Assembly (NCBI GenBank): GCA_963773195.1
Contig: CAVZAE010000002.1
Location: 71,821 to 135,820, forward strand
DNA: 64,000 nucleotides
DNA from: an uncultured beta proteobacterium
Lineage (GTDB): Bacteria; Pseudomonadota; Gammaproteobacteria; Burkholderiales; Casimicrobiaceae
Reading direction: 5' to 3'
Part shown: positions 12,606-25,395 of the stretch, in pieces
How positions within the stretch are numbered: position 1 is the stretch's first letter
How the letters are laid out: each line of letters begins with the position of its first letter
The notes under the pieces: model-generated
The model's input: the letters and a program-made list of their open reading frames with translations, nothing else
Databases searched by the model: none
Told to the model about the DNA's origin: nothing
Translations under genes and position numbers: made by a program

Positions 12606-15600
12606 CTACGCCGCCGCCGGCACCAGTGCAGCGGTCGGCTCCCGCACCCGGAACCACGCGGCGTAGAGCGCCGGCAGGAACACGAGGGTGAGCAGCGTCG
12701 CCACCACGAGTCCGCCCATCATCGCCACCGCCATCGGGCCGAAGAAGGCACTCCGCACGAGCGGGATCATCCCGAGCACCGCGGCGGCCGCGGTCAGTAC
12801 GATCGGCCGGAAGCGGCGTGTCGTCGCTCCGATAATAGCCTCCTGCGGCGCGTGCCCGGCCGCGACGTCCTGTTCGATCTGGTCGACCAGGATGATCGAG
12901 TTGCGCATGATGATGCCCGAGAGCGCGATCGTGCCGAGCATCGCGACGAAGCCGAAGGGTTGGCCGAACACGAGAAGCCCGGCCGTCACGCCGATCAGCC
13001 CGAGCGGCGCGGTCAGGAGCACCATCGCGGTGCGCGAGAAGCTCCGGAGCTGGATCACGAGCAGGGTGACGATCACAAGCACCATCAGCGGCACGCCTGC
13101 GACGATCGACGATTGGCCGCGCGCCGAGTCCTCGACCGCGCCGCCGATCTCGATTCTGTAGCCGAGCGGCAGCGACGCCCGCAGCGCCGCGAGGTTCGGG
13201 TCGATCCGCTTGGCGACGTCGGGACCTTGCGCATCGCCCAGCACGTCGGCGCGGACGGTGACGGTCGGCAGGCGATCGCGCCGCCAGCGAATGCCGTCCT
13301 CCTGCTCGTAGCGGATCTCGGCGATCTGCGTGATCGGCACCGCCTTGCCGCTGCGCGAAGGCAGCGCGAGATCCTTGAGGAACGTGAGCCGCGCCCGCTC
13401 CGACGCCGCGCCGCGCAGGAGCACCTCGATCTGCTTGTCGCGCTCGCGGACGTAGGTGACCGTGAGCCCCGACACCGAGTTGTTAAGGAACGCCGCGAGG
13501 TCCTGCGACGAGAACCCGAGCACGCGCGCCTTGTTCTGGTCGACGACGAGGCGGATCACCTTCGTCGGCTCGTCGGAATCGAACTGCGCGTTGGTGACGT
13601 CCGGGTTCGCGCGGACGACTGCCATCACCTGCTGCGCGATCGCGCGCACGCGAGCCAGGTCCTCGCCCGACACGCGGAACTGGACGGGAAATCCGACGGG
13701 CGGCCCGTTCTCCAGGCGCGAGACGCGGCCGCGGAGTCCCGGAAAATCCTCGTCGAAGATCTGGATCAGACGCGAGCGCACGCGCTCGCGCTCCTGGTTC
13801 GACTTCGCGACCAGCACGAACTGCGCGAAATTGGACGCCTGGAGCTGCTGGTCGAGGGGGAGGTAAAAGCGCGGGCTGCCCACGCCGACATAGGCCACAT
13901 AGCTTTCGATGCCGGCCTCGTCGTCGAGGACCTTCTCCATATGCTTCGCCTCGGCGAGCGTCGCCGCGAACGAGCTGCCCTCGGGCAGGCGCAGATCGAC
14001 GATCAGCTCCGGACGCGACGACGACGGGAAGAACTGCTGCGGGACGAAGCGGAATGCGCCCAGCGAGAGCACGAAGGCGCCGATCGTCGCACCGATCACG
14101 ACGTAGCGATGCGCGACACTCCAGGCGACGAACGCGCGGAAGCGGCGGTAGAACGCCGTGTCGTAGACCTGCTCGGGGTTAGCATGCGCCGCAGGCCGCG
14201 CCGGCGGCTCCGGCTGTCGTCGGATCTGCGCCCATATCCGGGCGCCCAGCGACGCGCGCCGCGCACGATCCGGGTCCGGCAGCATCCGGTAACCCAGGTA
14301 GGGGATCGCGATCACGGCGACGAACCACGACGCGATCAACGCGATCGCCGACACCTCGAACAGCGACCGCGTGTATTCGCCGGTCGAGCTCGCGGCGGTG
14401 GCGATCGGCAGGAAGCCGGCGACGGTCACGAGCGTGCCGGTCAGCATCGGGAACGCCGTGCTCGCGTAGGCGAAGCTCGCCGCTCTAAAGCGGTCCATAC
14501 CCTGCTCCAGCTTGATCGCCATCATCTCGACCGCGATGATCGCGTCGTCGACGAGCAGTCCGAGCGAAAGGATAAGGGCGCCGAGCGAAATCTTGTGGAG
14601 GCCGATCCCGAATACGTACATGAACACGAACGTCATCGCGAGCACGAGCGGGATCGACACCGCGACGACGAGACCCGTGCGCAGGCCCAGGCTCACGAGC
14701 GACACCGCGAGTACGATGGCCACTGCCTCCGCGAGCGAACGGATGAATTCGCGCACCGAGCGCGACACGGCGCGCGGCATGCTCGCGACATGCCCGATCT
14801 CGACGCCTGCCGGCAGCTGCGTCTCGATCTGCGCGAGCTTCGCGTCGAGCGCCTTGCCGAGCTCGATCACGTCGCCGCCCTTCACCATCGTGACGCCGAT
14901 GCCGAGCGCCTCGCGGCCGTGCCAGCGCATCTTTTGCTGCGGCGGATCGACATAGCCGCGGGTCACCTCCGCGATGTCGCCCAGGCGGAAGAGGCGGCCG
15001 TTCGCGCGGATCGCGATGTCGCGCACGGCATCTTCCGTGTCGAGCGCGCCCGTAGGGCGCAGGTAGATGCGGTCGGTCGCGGTCTCGAACGCCCCGGCCG
15101 CCGCCATCGCGTTCTGCGCCGCGAGTGTCTGCACGATCTGCCCCGGTTCGACGCCCAGGAGCGCCAGGCGCGCGTTCGACAGCTCGACGAAGATCTTCTC
15201 TTCCTGCTCGCCGATGTAGTCGACCTTGGCGACGCCGGGGACGCGCAGGAGTTCGGCGCGCACGCGGTCGGCGAACTCCTTCAGATCGCGATAGCCGAAG
15301 CCCTCACCCGTGATGGCGTAGACGTTCGCGTACGTGTCGCCGAACTCGTCGTTGAAATACGGACCCTGGATGCCCTGCGGCAGCATCCCGCGGATGTCGC
15401 CGATCTTCTTGCGCACCTGGTACTGGAGGTCCGGGATGGCGGAGGCGGGCAACGTGTCCTTGAACGAGACGAACACGAGCGACTCGCCCGGCCGCGAGTA
15501 GCTCCGCACCCACTCGAGCGGCAGTTCCTGAAGCTTGCGTTCGATCAGGTCGGTGACCTGCTGCTCGACGTCGCGCGGCGAAGCGCCCGGCCACGTCGTC

Positions 15601-15785
15601 TTCACGACCATCACTTTGAAGGTGAACGGCGGGTCCTCCGACTGGCCGAGCTTCGTATACGCGAACGCGCCCGCGAGCGCGAACATGACGATCAGGTAGA
15701 GGACGAGCAGGCGATGCCGCAGCGCCCATTCGGAGAGGTTGAAGCGCATCGCCGGCGTGCCGCCGGCGAATTCGGGCGGGCTCAT
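12606..15785 (-). CDS. RND (HAE1-type) efflux transporter permease subunit
   Basis: 1059-aa ORF. ...[49 protein letters not shown]..., 12-TM AcrB/MdtB-like organisation, uninterrupted over 3.2 kb. The true start may be the internal ATG at 15749 (MRFNLSEW). Confidence 0.93.
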   Translation of the reverse strand: MSPPEFAGGTPAMRFNLSEWALRHRLLVLYLIVMFALAGAFAYTKLGQSEDPPFTFKVMVVKTTWPGASPRDVEQQVTDLIERKLQELPLEWVRSYSRPGESLVFVSFKDTLPASAIPDLQYQVRKKIGDIRGMLPQGIQGPYFNDEFGDTYANVYAITGEGFGYRDLKEFADRVRAELLRVPGVAKVDYIGEQEEKIFVELSNARLALLGVEPGQIVQTLAAQNAMAAAGAFETATDRIYLRPTGALDTEDAVRDIAIRANGRLFRLGDIAEVTRGYVDPPQQKMRWHGREALGIGVTMVKGGDVIELGKALDAKLAQIETQLPAGVEIGHVASMPRAVSRSVREFIRSLAEAVAIVLAVSLVSLGLRTGLVVAVSIPLVLAMTFVFMYVFGIGLHKISLGALILSLGLLVDDAIIAVEMMAIKLEQGMDRFRAASFAYASTAFPMLTGTLVTVAGFLPIATAASSTGEYTRSLFEVSAIALIASWFVAVIAIPYLGYRMLPDPDRARRASLGARIWAQIRRQPEPPARPAAHANPEQVYDTAFYRRFRAFVAWSVAHRYVVIGATIGAFVLSLGAFRFVPQQFFPSSSRPELIVDLRLPEGSSFAATLAEAKHMEKVLDDEAGIESYVAYVGVGSPRFYLPLDQQLQASNFAQFVLVAKSNQERERVRSRLIQIFDEDFPGLRGRVSRLENGPPVGFPVQFRVSGEDLARVRAIAQQVMAVVRANPDVTNAQFDSDEPTKVIRLVVDQNKARVLGFSSQDLAAFLNNSVSGLTVTYVRERDKQIEVLLRGAASERARLTFLKDLALPSRSGKAVPITQIAEIRYEQEDGIRWRRDRLPTVTVRADVLGDAQGPDVAKRIDPNLAALRASLPLGYRIEIGGAVEDSARGQSSIVAGVPLMVLVIVTLLVIQLRSFSRTAMVLLTAPLGLIGVTAGLLVFGQPFGFVAMLGTIALSGIIMRNSIILVDQIEQDVAAGHAPQEAIIGATTRRFRPIVLTAAAAVLGMIPLVRSAFFGPMAVAMMGGLVVATLLTLVFLPALYAAWFRVREPTAALVPAAA

Positions 15786-15801
15786 CGTGTTGCCTCGTCC
15801 G

Positions 15802-16908
15802 TCAGCTGCTGCTGGCCGTCGTCGGCGACGGGCGCCCTGCCGCCTCGTAGGGACGCACGTGCTGGCCCTCGTGCAGCTTGTTCGCGCCGGTCGCGACGAT
15901 CCATTCGCCGGCCGCGAGGCCCGAGCCGATGACGATCCCGTCCTCGCGATACTGGGCGATCGTCACCGGCCGCAGCGACACCTTGCCTGCGGCGGGATCG
16001 AAGACCCATACCGCGGGCTTGCCGTCGATGGTCTGATAAACGGACGTGGAGGGCAGCAGGCTCGCCGATTGCGCGCCGCGCGCCGCGAGGACGACGTTGG
16101 CCGTCATCCCCCATTGCAACGCCGGCGCCGGATCGGCGACGGACACCCGCACCGCGAACGTCCGCGTGACCGGATCCACGGCGGGCGCAATCTCGCGCAC
16201 CGTCGCGCGATAGGCCTTGTTCGGCTCCGCGACCAGCACGACCAACATCTGCTCTGCGCGTGTAAGCTCGGCGAGCCGCGCCTCGGGCACGGCGATCGCA
16301 ACCTCGCGCTCGGTCTCGCGCGCGTGGCGCATCACGACCTGGCCCGCGCCCACCACTTGGCCCGCTTCTGCAGTAACGGCGGTGATCACGCCGTCTTCCG
16401 GCGCCACCAGCGTCGCGTAGGCGGCTTGATTCTGCGTCACGGCGAGATTGGCCTTCGCCTGCTCGAGCTTCGCGCGATTCGAGTTCATCGCGTTGCGCTT
16501 CGCGTCAAGTGCCGAGGCGCTGATGAACTTCTGCTCGAGCAACGTCTGGTAGCGCTGAAACTCGGCGCGCGCGAAGTCGAATTCGGTCTGCGCTGCCGCC
16601 ACCTGTGCCTGCGCTGCTTGCGCCTGGAGGCCCACGTCTGCGGGGTCGAGCCGGGCCAGCATCTGCCCCTTGGTCACGCGCGCGCCGGCATCGACCATTC
16701 GCGCCACGATCTTGCCCGGAATGCGGAACGCAAGGTCCGACTCGAAGCGAGGCTTCACCTCGCCCGCAAATATCGCGGTCTCGGCGCCACTGCCCGCCAC
16801 GACCTGAGCGAGGACGACGGGCCGCGCGGCTTCGGGCGGCGACTCGTGCTTTGCGCAAGCCGACGCCGCGAGCGCGACGGCCAACAGGATCGGAATCAGC
16901 GGTTTCAT
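15802..16908 (-). CDS. RND efflux periplasmic adaptor (membrane fusion protein), lipoprotein
   Basis: 368 aa. Lipobox LAASAC near the N-terminus, then a coiled-coil hairpin ([42 protein letters not shown]) and a beta-barrel region typical of the HlyD/AcrA family. The ATG overlaps the tetR TGA. Confidence 0.9.
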   Translation of the reverse strand: MKPLIPILLAVALAASACAKHESPPEAARPVVLAQVVAGSGAETAIFAGEVKPRFESDLAFRIPGKIVARMVDAGARVTKGQMLARLDPADVGLQAQAAQAQVAAAQTEFDFARAEFQRYQTLLEQKFISASALDAKRNAMNSNRAKLEQAKANLAVTQNQAAYATLVAPEDGVITAVTAEAGQVVGAGQVVMRHARETEREVAIAVPEARLAELTRAEQMLVVLVAEPNKAYRATVREIAPAVDPVTRTFAVRVSVADPAPALQWGMTANVVLAARGAQSASLLPSTSVYQTIDGKPAVWVFDPAAGKVSLRPVTIAQYREDGIVIGSGLAAGEWIVATGANKLHEGQHVRPYEAAGRPSPTTASSS

Positions 16909-17582
16909 CGGACCACCTCCTGCGAAGGAGCGCCGACCATGCCGCGCCAGAGCGCGCGCAGCGCCACTTCGAGTTCAGTCGGATAGTTCCAGGCGAAGAC
17001 CGGCGAGGGCGCGGGCCCCACCATCGCGCAGTGCGTGTTGTCCGCGTCCTTCCCGGCCGACATCTGCCACAGGCCCAGGATCAACGCGTAGCTCCGGCGC
17101 AGGAGCGCGACGCCACCGCCCGGCGGCAGTGCCGGGAAATGGCGCTCGAGACCCGCGCCCGCGCGCTCGAGACGTCCCGCCATGCGTTGCCGGAACGCAG
17201 CCGCCGTCGCCGGCGGAATGTTGTGCGCCATGAGTCCGAAGCAACGCGAAGCGAGCGGAAGGAACAGCGGTGCGTCGACGATGTGCTGGCGCGTCAGCGC
17301 GAACATCGGGTCCATCGAGACTGGCGGAGCGCTTTCGACCAGTGCGATGACGTCGCGGAAGAACGCGTCGATGCGGCGCTCGTGCACGGCGAGCAGAAGC
17401 TCGTCCTTGCTCGGGAAATAGAGGTACACAGTGCCCTTCGCGAGGCGGGCCTCGTCGGCGACGTCCGCGACGTTGACCACCTGATCCAGCGAGCGCGCGA
17501 GCACGCGCTCGGCCGCGTCGAGGATCGCCTCGTGGCGCTCCCGCTTGTCCTCGGCTTGCATTGCTCGCTGGCGAATGACCAT
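16905..17582 (-). CDS. TetR/AcrR-family transcriptional regulator, first gene of the efflux operon
   Basis: 225 aa. The N-terminal HTH, RHEAILDAAERVLARSLDQVVNVADVADEARLAKGTVYLYFPSKDELL, is the TetR_N signature. Confidence 0.88.
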   Translation of the reverse strand: MVIRQRAMQAEDKRERHEAILDAAERVLARSLDQVVNVADVADEARLAKGTVYLYFPSKDELLLAVHERRIDAFFRDVIALVESAPPVSMDPMFALTRQHIVDAPLFLPLASRCFGLMAHNIPPATAAAFRQRMAGRLERAGAGLERHFPALPPGGGVALLRRSYALILGLWQMSAGKDADNTHCAMVGPAPSPVFAWNYPTELEVALRALWRGMVGAPSQEVVR

Positions 17583-17611
17583 CGGCGATTCCCTTCCGCT
17601 CGCGCGGTAAA

Positions 17612-17660
17612 TGACTCAGGGTCAATTGTTGGCTAGCGTAAGTGACCGACGGTCAGTTGT
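17612..17660. promoter_or_regulatory. Two 18-nt direct repeats, each with a TGAC...GTCA inverted core; candidate TetR operators
   Basis: TGACTCAGGGTCAATTGT (17612-17629) and TGACCGACGGTCAGTTGT (17643-17660), identical at 14/18 positions, start-to-start spacing 31 bp, 30-78 nt upstream of the tetR start. The second contains the perfect palindrome TGACCG-A-CGGTCA. Confidence 0.4.
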
Positions 17661-17692
17661 CAAGGGGTGAGGGTGGCCGGTTGTCCGTGCCC

Positions 17693-17765
17693 CGGCTGCT
17701 GCGGTGCGCCTCTGCCGGGGCTGCTGCGGTGCGCCTGAACACCTGAAGCACCGCGGCAGCCCCGG
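17693..17765. repeat. REP-like GC-rich element: a 17-18 nt motif present twice directly and once inverted (terminator-like hairpin)
   Basis: GGCTGCTGCGGTGCGCCT at 17694-17711 and 17719-17736. The inverted copy GCACCGCGGCAGCCCC at 17748-17763 can pair with either direct copy (16 bp, one mismatch). Lies between the hydrolase gene stop and the tetR promoter region. Confidence 0.45.
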
Positions 17766-17820
17766 CAGGGGTGCAACCTGACCGCAGTCCGGTCCGGGCA
17801 ACGCTCGACGAGCTAGTGCG

Positions 17821-18672
17821 TCAGAACAGCGCCAGCGTCCTGCGGACGATCTCGCTCCGGGGATTGCCGTAGTCGGCGACCACATCGAAGTGGTGACGCT
17901 GCGGGATGACGAACGGCGCGAGATCGCCGGCGGGCCGAATTTCGGGCCACGCATCCCACAGGAGCTGCGTCTGTCGGACGAATTCCGAAGTCTCGTCGGC
18001 GCCCACGGCCAGCAGCAGCGGCGCGCCGGTCCGCGGTCGCAGGCGGGTGGGCGACAAACGCGCGGCCTGCACCGCGTCGAGCCGGAGGTCGCTGTTGAAC
18101 GAGAACACGAGCAGCGGCTCGAGGTCGTGGACACCCGAAAGCGACACGCCGCCGGCGATCCGCGGCCCGTCGCCGCCGGCCGCTCCCCAGTCGGTCGCAT
18201 ACATCATCGCGGTCAGATGGCCGCCGGCCGAGTGGCCCGCGACAACGATGCGCTCCGTGTTCGCGCCGAGCGTGCAACCGTCTCGGGCCACCCACGTCAG
18301 TGCGCGGCGGCACTCGTCGACGATCGCCGCAATCGTCACGCCCGGGCAGAGATCGTAGTTGACGACCGCGACCGCGAGGTCCTGCGCGAGAAACGGCGGT
18401 GCGACGAACGAGAAATCGCTCTTGTCGAGCGCGCGCCAGTAGCCGCCATGAAGGAAGACGAGCGTCCCGCGGGCCGGCCTGGCGGGCAGGAACAGGTCGA
18501 GCGTCTCCTTCGGGCCTGGGCCGTAACGCACGTCGAGGCGTGGAGCGAACTCGGCGCGCACCTTGGTCGACGCGGTGACGTAGTGCTCGAGCCAGACCGG
18601 ATGGTCGACGACGGCGGCGCGGTTGTTGTAGCCGCGCTCGACGAATTCGGGCGTGTAGACGATGGCCGCCAC
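17821..18672 (-). CDS. Alpha/beta hydrolase (fold-3; arylformamidase/kynurenine formamidase-like esterase)
   Basis: 283 aa with oxyanion motif FLHGGYW and nucleophile elbow GHSAGGH. The overall pattern resembles alpha/beta-type arylformamidases; the substrate is not provable from sequence. Confidence 0.8.
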   Translation of the reverse strand: MAAIVYTPEFVERGYNNRAAVVDHPVWLEHYVTASTKVRAEFAPRLDVRYGPGPKETLDLFLPARPARGTLVFLHGGYWRALDKSDFSFVAPPFLAQDLAVAVVNYDLCPGVTIAAIVDECRRALTWVARDGCTLGANTERIVVAGHSAGGHLTAMMYATDWGAAGGDGPRIAGGVSLSGVHDLEPLLVFSFNSDLRLDAVQAARLSPTRLRPRTGAPLLLAVGADETSEFVRQTQLLWDAWPEIRPAGDLAPFVIPQRHHFDVVADYGNPRSEIVRRTLALF

Positions 18673-18679
18673 GTGCCCG

Positions 18680-19384
18680 CTACGCGACCGGCGGCGCGAT
18701 CACCACGGCCAGGTGCGACAACCCTTCGACCGCGCCGTCGAGCCGGTCGCCGGGAACGAGCGGGCCTACCCCCGACGGCGTGCCCGAGAACACGAGGTCG
18801 CCGGGCAGGAGCTCGTAGTAGCGAGACAGGAACGCGAGCGTGTGCGGCACGTCCCAGATCATGTCGGCGAGGTCGCCTGTCTGCCGCCGCGTGCCATTGA
18901 CGTCGAGCGTGATCGCCCCGCGCGACAGCGTCCCGTTCGCACGATGGATGGGCGCTATCGGCGCAGCACCGGCGAACGACTTGCCGATGTCCCACGGCCG
19001 CTTCTTCTCGCGCATTTCGTTCTGCAGGTCACGGCGCGTGAGGTCGACGCCCACCGCGTAGCCGAAGACGAGCTCCAGCGCACGCTCCGGCGCCACGTTC
19101 GCGCCGCGCCCGCCGATCGCGACGACGAGCTCGATCTCGTGATGGAGGTTTTTCGTAGCAGGCGGATATGCCACGCTTCCGACCGCTGGCGGCACGACCG
19201 GCGTGATCGAATCCGCGGCCTTCGTGAAGAAGAACGGCGGTTCCTTCGTCGCGTCGCCCCCCATTTCTTTCGCGTGCTCGGCGTAATTGCGGCCGACGCA
19301 GTAGATGTGGCGAACGGGAAAGCGCTCGGCGCCGCCATGCACGGGCACGCTCGGCAGCTCCCAGCTGGGAATGACGAAGGTCAT
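18680..19384 (-). CDS. Fumarylacetoacetate hydrolase (FAH) family protein, fumarylpyruvate-hydrolase-like short form
   Basis: Internal ATG (complement of 19382-19384) gives 234 aa: MTFVIPSWELPSVPVHGG...IYCVGRNYAEHAKEMG...HHEIELVVAIG...DLTRRDLQ...GDLVFSGTPSGVGPL. The 5' extension in the track was rejected. Confidence 0.85.
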   Translation of the reverse strand: MTFVIPSWELPSVPVHGGAERFPVRHIYCVGRNYAEHAKEMGGDATKEPPFFFTKAADSITPVVPPAVGSVAYPPATKNLHHEIELVVAIGGRGANVAPERALELVFGYAVGVDLTRRDLQNEMREKKRPWDIGKSFAGAAPIAPIHRANGTLSRGAITLDVNGTRRQTGDLADMIWDVPHTLAFLSRYYELLPGDLVFSGTPSGVGPLVPGDRLDGAVEGLSHLAVVIAPPVA

Positions 19385-19388
19385 GTTT

Positions 19389-20030
19389 TCACTCCGCGTC
19401 GGGTTGTCGGGCCGGCGCCGCCGCCGCAAACGCGGGCAGCGCGAGACACGCGGCCTCGATCCGCACGAGCGTCGGATACGGCGCGAAATCGAATTCGACG
19501 CGTCGCGCGTTCGCCATCTGCGGCACGAGGCAGATATCGGCGACGCTCGGCGCATCGCCGTGGCAGAAGTTGCCCGTGCCGGCCTCGCGCGCGAGCCGGG
19601 TTTCGAGCGCCTCGAAGCCCACATCGATCCAGTATTTGTACCAACCGTTCTTCTGCTCGTCGGTGATGCCGAGCGTACCGGTCAGATAGTGGAGCACGCG
19701 CGTGTTGTCGAGCGGATGGATGTCGCACGCGACCGCCAGCGCGAGCGAGCGCACGCGCGCGCGCCCAGCCGGATCGAGCGGCAGGATCGGCGGGGCGGGG
19801 AACGTCTCGTCCAGCCACTCGAGGATGGCGATCGACTGGGTCAGCACGTCGCCGTCATCGGTGACGAGCGACGGCACGAGTCCCTGCGGGTTGAGCGACA
19901 GGTACTCGTCGCCGCGCTGCTGGCCCCTTCGCAGGTGCACGAACGCCCGCTCGGGAGCCACGCCTTTGAGGTTAAGGGCGATGCGGACCCGGTACGCGGC
20001 CGACGAGCGGAAGTAGTCGTAGAGCTTCAT
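19389..20030 (-). CDS. maiA: Maleylacetoacetate/maleylpyruvate isomerase (zeta-class glutathione S-transferase)
   Basis: 213 aa: [23 protein letters not shown]...[10 protein letters not shown]...[10 protein letters not shown] matches the GST-zeta catalytic N-domain (SSxxxRVRIAL). Confidence 0.85.
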   Translation of the reverse strand: MKLYDYFRSSAAYRVRIALNLKGVAPERAFVHLRRGQQRGDEYLSLNPQGLVPSLVTDDGDVLTQSIAILEWLDETFPAPPILPLDPAGRARVRSLALAVACDIHPLDNTRVLHYLTGTLGITDEQKNGWYKYWIDVGFEALETRLAREAGTGNFCHGDAPSVADICLVPQMANARRVEFDFAPYPTLVRIEAACLALPAFAAAAPARQPDAE

Positions 20031-20048
20031 CGATCCGCCACGACGGGA

Positions 20049-21251
<1,203 letters not shown>

Positions 21252-21318
21252 GGCGGACTCTGCTGAAAGGAAATGATACCGATTTTCTGGACCGGACTCC
21301 GACCCAGGTCGACGCGCG

Positions 21319-21747
21319 TCAACCGGCCGCCGGCACGACGGCAGTCGCCTCGATCTCGACCCGCGCCGCATCTTCCATCAACCCGGTAACCTCGACTGCC
21401 GACATCGCGGGATAGTGGAGACCCATGATCTCGCGGTAGGCGCGGCCGAGTGCCTTACTCGACGCCAGGTATTCGCGCTTGTCGACGACATACCACGTCA
21501 TCCGCACGACGTGCTCGGGTCCTGCCCCCGCCTCCGCCAGCACTGCGACGATGTTGGCGAGCGCTTGGCGCGCCTGCGCGACGAAGTCCGAGTTCTCGAA
21601 GCGCTGCGCGGTGTTCCAGCCGATCTGGCCGCCGACGAACACGAGGCGCCCCTGCGCGGCGATGCCATTGGCGTAGCCCTTCGTCTTCGCCCAGCCCGCC
21701 GGATGGAGCACGCGCGAGCCACCCGCCTCTTTCCGGATACCGCTCAT
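21319..21747 (-). CDS. RidA/YjgF-family reactive enamine/imine deaminase
   Basis: Internal ATG (complement of 21745-21747, overlapping the ligase TGA) gives 142 aa: ...[22 protein letters not shown]...[30 protein letters not shown]...[26 protein letters not shown]. Confidence 0.88.
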   Translation of the reverse strand: MSGIRKEAGGSRVLHPAGWAKTKGYANGIAAQGRLVFVGGQIGWNTAQRFENSDFVAQARQALANIVAVLAEAGAGPEHVVRMTWYVVDKREYLASSKALGRAYREIMGLHYPAMSAVEVTGLMEDAARVEIEATAVVPAAG

Positions 21748-23384
21748 TGGCGTCCCTCCCGCGAGTCGCGCTCGAGCTGGCGAAGCCTGGCCCGCTGCAA
21801 CTTGCCCACTTCGCTGCGCGGCAGCGAGGGCAGATAGGCAATCGCGCGTGGATACTTGTAGGGCGCGATCGATTGCTTGACGAACGCCTGCAGCTCGGCG
21901 GTCAGCCCCGGACCGGGATCGAAGCCCGGCTTGAGCACGACGAAGGCCTTGACGATCTGTCCACGCTCCTCGTCCGGCACGCCGACGACGCCGCATTCGG
22001 CCACCGCCGGGTGTTGGAGCAGCGCGCCCTCGACCTCGGGGCCGCCGATGTTGTAGCCGGCGGTGATGATCATGTCGTCCGCGCGCGCATGGTAGTAGAA
22101 GCAGCCGTCGGCGTCGCAGGAGAACGTGTCGCCGGTGTAGTTCCAGCCGCCCTGGACGTATTGGCCCTGACGGTCGTCGGCGAGATAGCGGCAGCCTGTC
22201 GGGCCCTTCACCGCCAGTCGGCCGACGGTGCCCGTCGCCACTGGCCGCCCAGCGTCGTCCATCACCGCGGCACGGTAGCCGGGAACGACGGTCCCGAGCG
22301 CGCCCGGTTTCGCGTTCGCTTCGTCGTTCGAGATGAAGATGTGGAACATCTCGGTGGAACCGATGCCGTCGATGATGTCGATCCCGGTCGCGTTCTTCCA
22401 CAGCGTGCGCGTACCCGGCGGCAGCGCCTCACCGGCCGACACGCATTTGCGCAGCGACGAAAGATCGTGCTGCCGGGCGCTCGGTGCCATCGCCCGATAC
22501 GACGTCGGTGCCGTGAACAGCACGGTCGCCCGATGCTCGGCGATCGCGGGCAGGAGCGCATCGGGCGTCGGGCGCTCGAGCAAGAGCGTCGAGGCACCGA
22601 TCCGCAGCGGAAACAACAGGAGTCCACCGAGGCCGAATGTGAACGCGAGGGGCGGACTGCCGGTGAACACGTCGTCCGCGGTCGCGCGCAGCATCGAAGG
22701 CGGCCAGCACTCGCACGCCGCGATCAGGTCGCGGTGGAAGTGCATCGTGCCCTTGGGCTTGCCCGTCGTGCCCGAAGTGAACGCGATCAGCGCGGTATCC
22801 TCGGCCATGGTGTCAACGGCGGCGAAGCGCGCAGGCTTGGAGACCATACGAGCTTCGAGCCCTTCGCCGGCGGGGCCATTGAAAAGGGCGACCTGCGCGA
22901 GCGTCCGGCATTGCGCCCGCGCGAGGTCGAGCTCGGTGGCGAGCCGCGCGTCGCACAGCGCGTGCGAAATCTCGCCCCTGATGATGATCTCGGTCAGCTC
23001 CTTCGCCCGGAGGAGCGGCATCGTGCCGACCGCGATGCCTCCCGCCTTGAGCACTGCCAGGAAACACGCGGCATACATCGGATTGTTCGGCGCGCGCAAC
23101 AGCACGCGGTTCCCCGGGACGACGCCCAGATCCTCGACCAGCACCCGCGCGATCCGGTTGGCAGCGGCGTCGAGCTCCAGGTACGTCCAGCGCAAACCTC
23201 CGGGTGCCCGGATCGCGATGCGTTCGCCCTGCCCGCGCTCGATGACCCCGCCGAGCAGCACGCTCGCCGCGTTCATCCGCTCCGGAAGTTGGAGCGCAGG
23301 CAGTTCGAAGATGAACTCGGGCCACGCTTCGCGCGGCGGCAGTTGATCGCGCGCGAACGTGTCGACGTGCGCGGTGTACGTCAT
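21744..23384 (-). CDS. Aryl-CoA ligase of the benzoate / 2-aminobenzoate-CoA ligase family (AMP-forming)
   Basis: Internal ATG (complement of 23382-23384) gives 546 aa. AMP-binding motif [20 protein letters not shown]...[21 protein letters not shown]-terminal lysine motif SEVGKLQR. Uninterrupted. Confidence 0.88.
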   Translation of the reverse strand: MTYTAHVDTFARDQLPPREAWPEFIFELPALQLPERMNAASVLLGGVIERGQGERIAIRAPGGLRWTYLELDAAANRIARVLVEDLGVVPGNRVLLRAPNNPMYAACFLAVLKAGGIAVGTMPLLRAKELTEIIIRGEISHALCDARLATELDLARAQCRTLAQVALFNGPAGEGLEARMVSKPARFAAVDTMAEDTALIAFTSGTTGKPKGTMHFHRDLIAACECWPPSMLRATADDVFTGSPPLAFTFGLGGLLLFPLRIGASTLLLERPTPDALLPAIAEHRATVLFTAPTSYRAMAPSARQHDLSSLRKCVSAGEALPPGTRTLWKNATGIDIIDGIGSTEMFHIFISNDEANAKPGALGTVVPGYRAAVMDDAGRPVATGTVGRLAVKGPTGCRYLADDRQGQYVQGGWNYTGDTFSCDADGCFYYHARADDMIITAGYNIGGPEVEGALLQHPAVAECGVVGVPDEERGQIVKAFVVLKPGFDPGPGLTAELQAFVKQSIAPYKYPRAIAYLPSLPRSEVGKLQRARLRQLERDSREGRQ

Positions 23385-24556
23385 CGTGACGGGCTCCTCT
23401 CTCCGGAATCCAGTACGTCGCGGCCGACAATAAGCCTCTGGACCTCGGTCGCCCCTTCGTAGATGCGAAGCGCGCGTATCTCGCGATAGAGGCGTTCGAC
23501 GATCTCCCCACGCGCGACGCCGCGGCCGCCGAAGAGCTGGACTGCCGCGTCGATCACCCGTTGCGCCGACTCGGTCGCCGTCATCTTCGCCATCGCCGCC
23601 TCGCGCGTCGCGCGAAGCTTCTGCACGTCGCGGCGCCACGCCGCGCGGTACGTGAGCAGCGCCGCCGCATCGATCGCCGTCGCCATCTCGCCGAGCGTCG
23701 CCTGCGTGAGCTGAAGGTCGGCCTGCCGTGCACCGAACATCGGACGCTCGCGCGCATGGGCCACTGCCTCATCGAGCGCGCGCCGCGCGAAGCCCAGCGC
23801 CGCCGCGGCGACCGACGCGCGGAAGACGTCGAGTGTGCGCATCGCGAGCTTGAAGCCGTCGCCCGCCGCCCCGAGCAGCGCGTCGGCGGGAATCCGACAC
23901 TCGTTGAATTCGAGCCGGGCGAGCGGATGCGGCGCGATCACGTCGATGCGCTCGGCCACGCGGAGGCCCGGCGCGTCGGCCGGGACGACGAAGGCCGAGA
24001 TGCCGCGCGTACCCGTGGTCGCCGGCTCGCGCGCGAAGACACAATAGAAATCAGCGATGCCGCCGTTGCTGATCCACGTCTTCGTGCCACCGAGCACCCA
24101 CGCGTCGCCGTCGCGGCGCGCCGACGTCGTCATGGCGCCGACGTCGGAGCCGGCGAGCGGCTCCGACAACGCGAACGCGGCGATCGCGTCGCCCGCGGCG
24201 ACCTTCGGCAGCCATCGCGCACGCTGCGCAGAATCGCCCGCGAGCGTGATCGGACCGCTGCCGAGCCCCTGCATCGCGAAGGCGAAGTCGGCAAGTCCGT
24301 CCGCATACGCGAGCGTCTCGCGGGCGATGCAAAGCGCGCGCGAATCGAGTGCCGGGAGCGCACCGCCGTCCACCGCTGCGACGCAATAGCGCAGCCAGCC
24401 GGCCTGCCCGAGCCCTCGCACGAAATCGCGGCACGTCGCGTCGACGTCCTGGTGCTCGCCGTTGCGCAACTCCGCCGCGCTCCAAGCGCCGAGGTCCCCG
24501 GCGAGGCGGCGATGGGCGTCGTCGAAGAACGGCCACGCAAGGTGATCGCGATTCAA
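23381..24556 (-). CDS. Acyl-CoA dehydrogenase family protein
   Basis: C-terminal 391 codons of ORF 23381..25579: (M)[21 protein letters not shown]...[16 protein letters not shown]...[18 protein letters not shown]...[15 protein letters not shown]. Start inferred as TTG (complement of 24554-24556), or CTG at 24562 overlapping the upstream TGA. Confidence 0.85.
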   Translation of the reverse strand: MNRDHLAWPFFDDAHRRLAGDLGAWSAAELRNGEHQDVDATCRDFVRGLGQAGWLRYCVAAVDGGALPALDSRALCIARETLAYADGLADFAFAMQGLGSGPITLAGDSAQRARWLPKVAAGDAIAAFALSEPLAGSDVGAMTTSARRDGDAWVLGGTKTWISNGGIADFYCVFAREPATTGTRGISAFVVPADAPGLRVAERIDVIAPHPLARLEFNECRIPADALLGAAGDGFKLAMRTLDVFRASVAAAALGFARRALDEAVAHARERPMFGARQADLQLTQATLGEMATAIDAAALLTYRAAWRRDVQKLRATREAAMAKMTATESAQRVIDAAVQLFGGRGVARGEIVERLYREIRALRIYEGATEVQRLIVGRDVLDSGERSPSR

Positions 24557-24558
24557 GC

Positions 24559-25395
24559 TCAGTTTCCCTCGAAGTTTGGCCTTCGCTTCGCTGCAAAGGC
24601 CTCGTAGGCACGCCTGAAGTCGGCCGTCTGCATGCAGATCGCCTGCGCTTCGGCTTCCGCTTCGATCGCGGCGTCCAGGTCCATCGCCCATTCCTGATGG
24701 AGGAGCTTCTTGGTCATCCCGTGCGCGAACGTCGGTCCGTCGGCCAGCGAGCGCGCAAGCGTTTGCGCGTCCGTTGCGAGGTCGGAGGGCATCACCAGCC
24801 GGTTGAAGAAACCCCAGGCGAGCCCTTCGTCGGCGCTCATCGCGCGACCGGTGTAGAGCAGCTCGGACGCGCGGCCCTGCCCGATCATCCGCGGCAGGAG
24901 CGTGCACGCGCCCATGTCGCAGCCGGCGAGACCGACGCGCGAGAACAGAAACGCGGTCTTCGCGGCCGGCGTGCCGAGCCGGAAGTCGGAGGCGAGCGCG
25001 ATCATCGCGCCCGCACCCGCGCAAACCCCATCGACGGCGGCGACGATCGGTTGCGGGCACCCGCGCATCGCCTTGACGAGGTCGCCCGTCATCCGCGTGA
25101 ACGCGAGCAGCTCGGGCATCGTCATCTTCGTGAGCGGGCCGATGATCTCGTGCACGTCGCCGCCCGAGCAGAAGTTGCCGCCTGCGCCCGTGACGATCAC
25201 CACCTTCACGTCGCTCGCGTAGACGAGGTCGCGGAAGAGGTCGCGCAACTCGGCGTAGGAGTCGAACGTCAGCGGGTTCTTTTTCTCCGGCCGGTCGAGC
25301 CTGAGCGTCGCCACCTTGCCGTCGGCGTCGCTGTCCCAGCGGAAATGCTTCGCCGCGTAGTCGCGGAGCGGCCGCCTGTGATGCGCCATCGTCAT
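24559..25395 (-). CDS. Enoyl-CoA hydratase/isomerase (crotonase) family protein
   Basis: Internal ATG (complement of 25393-25395, overlapping the marR TGA) gives 278 aa: ...[26 protein letters not shown]...[16 protein letters not shown]...[21 protein letters not shown]. Confidence 0.88.
   Translation of the reverse strand: MTMAHHRRPLRDYAAKHFRWDSDADGKVATLRLDRPEKKNPLTFDSYAELRDLFRDLVYASDVKVVIVTGAGGNFCSGGDVHEIIGPLTKMTMPELLAFTRMTGDLVKAMRGCPQPIVAAVDGVCAGAGAMIALASDFRLGTPAAKTAFLFSRVGLAGCDMGACTLLPRMIGQGRASELLYTGRAMSADEGLAWGFFNRLVMPSDLATDAQTLARSLADGPTFAHGMTKKLLHQEWAMDLDAAIEAEAEAQAICMQTADFRRAYEAFAAKRRPNFEGN

Noticed and set aside
12318-15932. 1204-aa plus-strand ORF
   Set aside because: It is antisense to the RND permease and MFP genes. 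The product is Arg/Asp/His/Glu-rich low-complexity sequence with no family resemblance. Long stop-free antisense frames are expected at this GC content.
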